Positions 60,802 through 64,000 of a DNA stretch of 64,000 nucleotides are shown here, piece by piece. A model generated the notes under the pieces. That model saw only the letters and a program-made list of their open reading frames with translations, did no database searches and was not told where the DNA came from. The translations under genes were made by a program, and so were the position numbers. The stretch is from an uncultured Methanoregulaceae archaeon (lineage in GTDB: Archaea > Halobacteriota > Methanomicrobia > Methanomicrobiales > Methanospirillaceae). The first letter of the stretch is position 1; each line of letters begins with the position of its first letter. Where the stretch lies: assembly GCA_963701095.1 (NCBI GenBank), contig OY969564.1, positions 992,001-1,056,000 on the forward strand, read 5' to 3'.

Positions 60802-61140
60802 ATGAGTAATCCCGTCCTTGTTGAAATTGTAGGACTCACGTCTTCTGAATGTTCCCCATTTCCCTGTGATGAAAACCGGACCTGCGGTTTATCACAGTGC
60901 TATCCCTCTGGAAGCCTGATCAAGGCATATGAAGCACTAAAAACGGTGATGAAAGAAACATACGGCAACCGCGTCGAAGTGAAACTTACTCTTATCGATG
61001 ATCAAGTTCCCGATTATATCCGTTCAATCCTCGAAACCGAATATCCCCCTATACCGATGGTTCTTGTCAACGGGAAACTTACCCGGATCGGAAGGATCAC
61101 CGTTGATCGAATCGTTAAAGAAATCGAAGCCTGTTTATAG
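60802..61140 (+). CDS. Cys-rich thioredoxin-fold-like hypothetical protein
   Basis: C-x4-C-x5-C-x4-C N-terminus; PIPMVLVNGK cis-Pro strand. Confidence 0.6.
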   Translation: MSNPVLVEIVGLTSSECSPFPCDENRTCGLSQCYPSGSLIKAYEALKTVMKETYGNRVEVKLTLIDDQVPDYIRSILETEYPPIPMVLVNGKLTRIGRITVDRIVKEIEACL

Positions 61141-61194
61141 GGAGAGACTCGGATATCCGCCGGATTTTTGGGTATTATTTTATTAAATTCTTCT

Positions 61195-62535
61195 TTACCT
61201 TTCCCGCCGTTTTCTTTTTCCCCGTAACTGCGCAAGGACACGTTCTTTTTTTGCTATGGCGGCCTTCGACGCCCGCACGACACCTTTTTTCATCTCTTCA
61301 AAATCCGCAGCTTCGTTATCAACTACTTTTTTCACCGGTGTATAGGCAGATTCCCGGAAACGGGGTTGAAAATCGTGTTCCTTTCCTTCAGTCACCAGTA
61401 CCGATTCCGGTTTTCCTGGTTCGACATTGCCGATCATACGGCAGTTTACACCGGTTGCCTTGATCACCCGGATAATCTCAGCGGCCGAAGATTCAGGGGC
61501 TACAATCAGAAGTGCATCGAGAGAAACACCGAGATAATCAATCTCAAGTGCCTCAAGCATTGCCAAGACTTCCGGATTAACAAGAGGAAGCGTGTCTTCT
61601 TCCCGGACAATCATCCGGCATCCTGCAGTCTCTGCCATCTCGAAGATATCGCCACGGAGACCGCCGTTGGTCACATCGGTCATCGCATGAATCTGATCAA
61701 AAACCGGGTTTTTAATCAGGGCCTCGCAGGTTACCAGGAAGTTGAGATTTATTGTTTCGTTAACAACTTCAGGGAACCCCGAGTAAATTGCTGCTGTGGC
61801 AATCGTCCCACCGCCGGCGCCTTCGGTCATAATAAGAACATCTCCGGGCTGCGTTGATTTCCGGGCAGTCAGGTGGTGGGCTACGCCGACAGCACCGACA
61901 CACCCGGTCAATCGGCTGCCAAGAACCATATCCCCACCGATACGAAGCGTTGAACCGGTGACCAACGGCACATCCATCATCTCGCCAACGGTCGTGATCC
62001 CTGCCGTATAATCAAATATTTTTGCTACGTCCCCATCGTCGGCCACATGGATATCGGAAAAGAGCATGACCGGTGTTGCCCCCATCACATAGAGGTCCCG
62101 GAGCGTCGCACGGGTCACATGAAAACCGGCAAGGAACGGATAGTCTGAGAGCCGGGAATGCATGCCGTCTACCGTACAAACGATATATTCGCCACCGGCT
62201 CTTACGGCACCGGCGTCGTCCATCTCGTCAACACCCACAGATACCCCGGTCTTTCCAATAATTCGTGCGATTTCCCGGTGTGCAAAGAAATCTCCTTTAC
62301 CCCGGGAGCCGACACCGAACTGTCCCATACCAACTCCGGCGGGTTCAAAAGAAAAAAAGTCGCCGGACAGTCCTTGTGTATTTTTAACTTCCTTTACTAC
62401 TGCCCGGGCAAAGGCATTCGTATAGGAAAGTGAATCGTGTTTTATATCCGAAATACAACTGACGAGATTAGTAATAACCGTATCTTCATCCTCGCCGGCG
62501 GAAATGTGCCTCCGGACATACTCCTCCACATCCAT
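61195..62535 (-). CDS. AIR synthase-related (PurM/HypE/ThiL fold) protein
   Basis: GVGSRG.GDF, DDAG, DGMHSRLS, MTDVTNGG. Confidence 0.8.
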   Translation of the reverse strand: MDVEEYVRRHISAGEDEDTVITNLVSCISDIKHDSLSYTNAFARAVVKEVKNTQGLSGDFFSFEPAGVGMGQFGVGSRGKGDFFAHREIARIIGKTGVSVGVDEMDDAGAVRAGGEYIVCTVDGMHSRLSDYPFLAGFHVTRATLRDLYVMGATPVMLFSDIHVADDGDVAKIFDYTAGITTVGEMMDVPLVTGSTLRIGGDMVLGSRLTGCVGAVGVAHHLTARKSTQPGDVLIMTEGAGGGTIATAAIYSGFPEVVNETINLNFLVTCEALIKNPVFDQIHAMTDVTNGGLRGDIFEMAETAGCRMIVREEDTLPLVNPEVLAMLEALEIDYLGVSLDALLIVAPESSAAEIIRVIKATGVNCRMIGNVEPGKPESVLVTEGKEHDFQPRFRESAYTPVKKVVDNEAADFEEMKKGVVRASKAAIAKKERVLAQLRGKRKRRER

Positions 62536-62594
62536 GTATTGCGTATTTGCTGCAGAGCCATAAATACCACCGTTATCGGGGATCGTAAAAGACG

Positions 62595-63521
62595 TTACCG
62601 ACGCAGGATACCCAGCACTTCTGAAAAACAGTGGAGGGCGTCATCGAATTTTTTTGCCTTGAAAAGGGAAAGTCCCTTGACCACGCCGGCCCTGACATCG
62701 TGTATATCGATATAGTATGCCTGATCGAAGGCACGGGCAGACTCTTCGAGCCTTCCTAAGGAAAAGCAGGAGTTACTTAAAACAACCCAGGCATCTGCAA
62801 TTGTTGGATCCAAGGAAAGTGCCTTTTCAAGACACGGAATCGCTTCTTCATGAGAGCCCAATTGTGAGAGCGCCAGACCTTTTCGGTAGAGTGCCTGCGA
62901 ATGAACGGGATTAATTCCAAGAGCGCCGTCGAGGGATTCAAGTGCCTCGCGGTATCTTTTCCGGTTTATAAGGGCGATGCCCCGGTTATAAAGTGCAGAA
63001 AAGTAAAAAGGATAGATTTTTAGTGCACGGTCATAACAGGAAATCTCCTCGTCATACCGTTTCAATTTGCCAAGGGCGTACCCCTTGTTGACCCACGCCG
63101 AGAGATACCGGCTCCGTAATTCAAGAGCATGGTTGCAGCACTTTATTTCTGCTTCATATCGTCCAAGCATACCCAGAGCCACACCCTTGTTGTTCCAGGC
63201 AGATGGATTACGGGGATCGAGCGCGAGAGCCTGATCGCAACAGGCAATTTTTTCCTCAAACCTGCAGAGTTTACCGAGCGCAAAAGCCTTGTAATTCCAG
63301 GCATCAATGCAGGCGGGATCAATACTCAGCGCCTGATCGCAACATTCAATCTCTTCCTCGAACCGTCCCAGTTTACCCAGCGCAAAACCCCGACCGGCCC
63401 AGGCGGAAGCAAGAGACGGGTTCAGGGCGAGAGCAAGGGTAAATAAGGCAAGAGCCTCGTCATGGCGACCTTCCTTTCCCAGAGCAATTCCCTCAGTGTA
63501 ATAATCAAGCGCTGAGCTCAT
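62595..63521 (-). CDS. Tetratricopeptide repeat protein
   Basis: About 8 consecutive 34-aa AW.NKG.AL..LGRY.E...C.D.AL...P repeats. Confidence 0.92.
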   Translation of the reverse strand: MSSALDYYTEGIALGKEGRHDEALALFTLALALNPSLASAWAGRGFALGKLGRFEEEIECCDQALSIDPACIDAWNYKAFALGKLCRFEEKIACCDQALALDPRNPSAWNNKGVALGMLGRYEAEIKCCNHALELRSRYLSAWVNKGYALGKLKRYDEEISCYDRALKIYPFYFSALYNRGIALINRKRYREALESLDGALGINPVHSQALYRKGLALSQLGSHEEAIPCLEKALSLDPTIADAWVVLSNSCFSLGRLEESARAFDQAYYIDIHDVRAGVVKGLSLFKAKKFDDALHCFSEVLGILRR

Positions 63522-63716
63522 TTGACGACCAGGGTAAAACGGTGATCAGATGCGTTTCACTTCGGTACAGACTCAAAAACAAACCCCGGACCAGGAGTAA
63601 GGTTTGGGAATACCAGTACAGACGATTATGCTTTTGAATGATTTAATATATTCTCGCTACCTTTGACCTCCCCCATTTAACAAGAATAAACCTATCCTTA
63701 AGCGACATAGTTTGTA

Positions 63717-64000
63717 TCATTGAACACTATACCCCTGGTCCCGGAGATACTGCTCCCGTCGTTCTTCGGAACCGGGAGAGGATTCCGGGATACTTTTTTC
63801 TGCCTCTTCCCAGATTGCACGCAACCGCGAATCATCCGCATGCAGATGAAGAGTTCCGGTAACCGTACCGAGAAATGTTCCCTCGCGATCCATGATCCGC
63901 ATGACAACACAGCGGTAGAATTTGCACTGGGCAGGACTGTCGTTATGGATGGTGCATCGCAAAAGACTACCGTCCGGCCTGAGAAAACGGCAGGCACGGG
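63717..64000 (-). CDS. YkgJ-type cysteine cluster protein, 3' part (runs off window)
   Basis: Open frame to the window edge: RACRFLRPDGSLLRCTIHNDSPAQCKFYRC. Confidence 0.7.
   Translation of the reverse strand, partial: RACRFLRPDGSLLRCTIHNDSPAQCKFYRCVVMRIMDREGTFLGTVTGTLHLHADDSRLRAIWEEAEKSIPESSPGSEERREQYLRDQGYSVQ

Overview
Chromosomal window from a hydrogenotrophic methanogenic archaeon, most like Methanomicrobiales (Methanoregula-like); this is inferred from gene content and order, not from a search. In order, it holds: (1) a complete formylmethanofuran dehydrogenase operon fwdG-D-B-A-C; (2) an approximately 8 kb sulfur/low-potential redox cluster with a cysteine desulfurase, an insert-bearing rubredoxin, a siroheme sulfite-reductase-like protein, a single-chain DsrH-DsrE-DsrF (TusB-D-C)-like fusion, and an OsmC / double-cubane-cluster protein / ATP-dependent activator operon; (3) an accessory stretch (16-33 kb) with SnoaL + Rieske genes, a tandem zinc-finger protein, DedA, TMEM175, three COG1361 surface proteins around an HAE3/MMPL RND transporter, a duplicated TetR, a Gly/Asn-repeat surface protein and a His-less CHASE4 sensor; (4) core genes topA, gatB/A/C, tRNA-Leu(TAA), pyrC, dnaG, ala, tes, carS, pyrE, purD, argF, methanogenesis marker 14, argG, carB/A and glutaredoxin + ferredoxin:disulfide reductase. 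Features missing from the ORF track are a probable two-hairpin H/ACA guide RNA (43.3-43.5 kb), an AT-hook gene remnant next to the tRNA, a kinase remnant and a frameshifted KTSC gene. At least eight genes, several normally essential, are split by small indels, mostly in homopolymer or CCGG contexts; these are most likely assembly errors. No CRISPR array, rRNA or intact mobile element was seen. All product calls come from motif recognition by eye.
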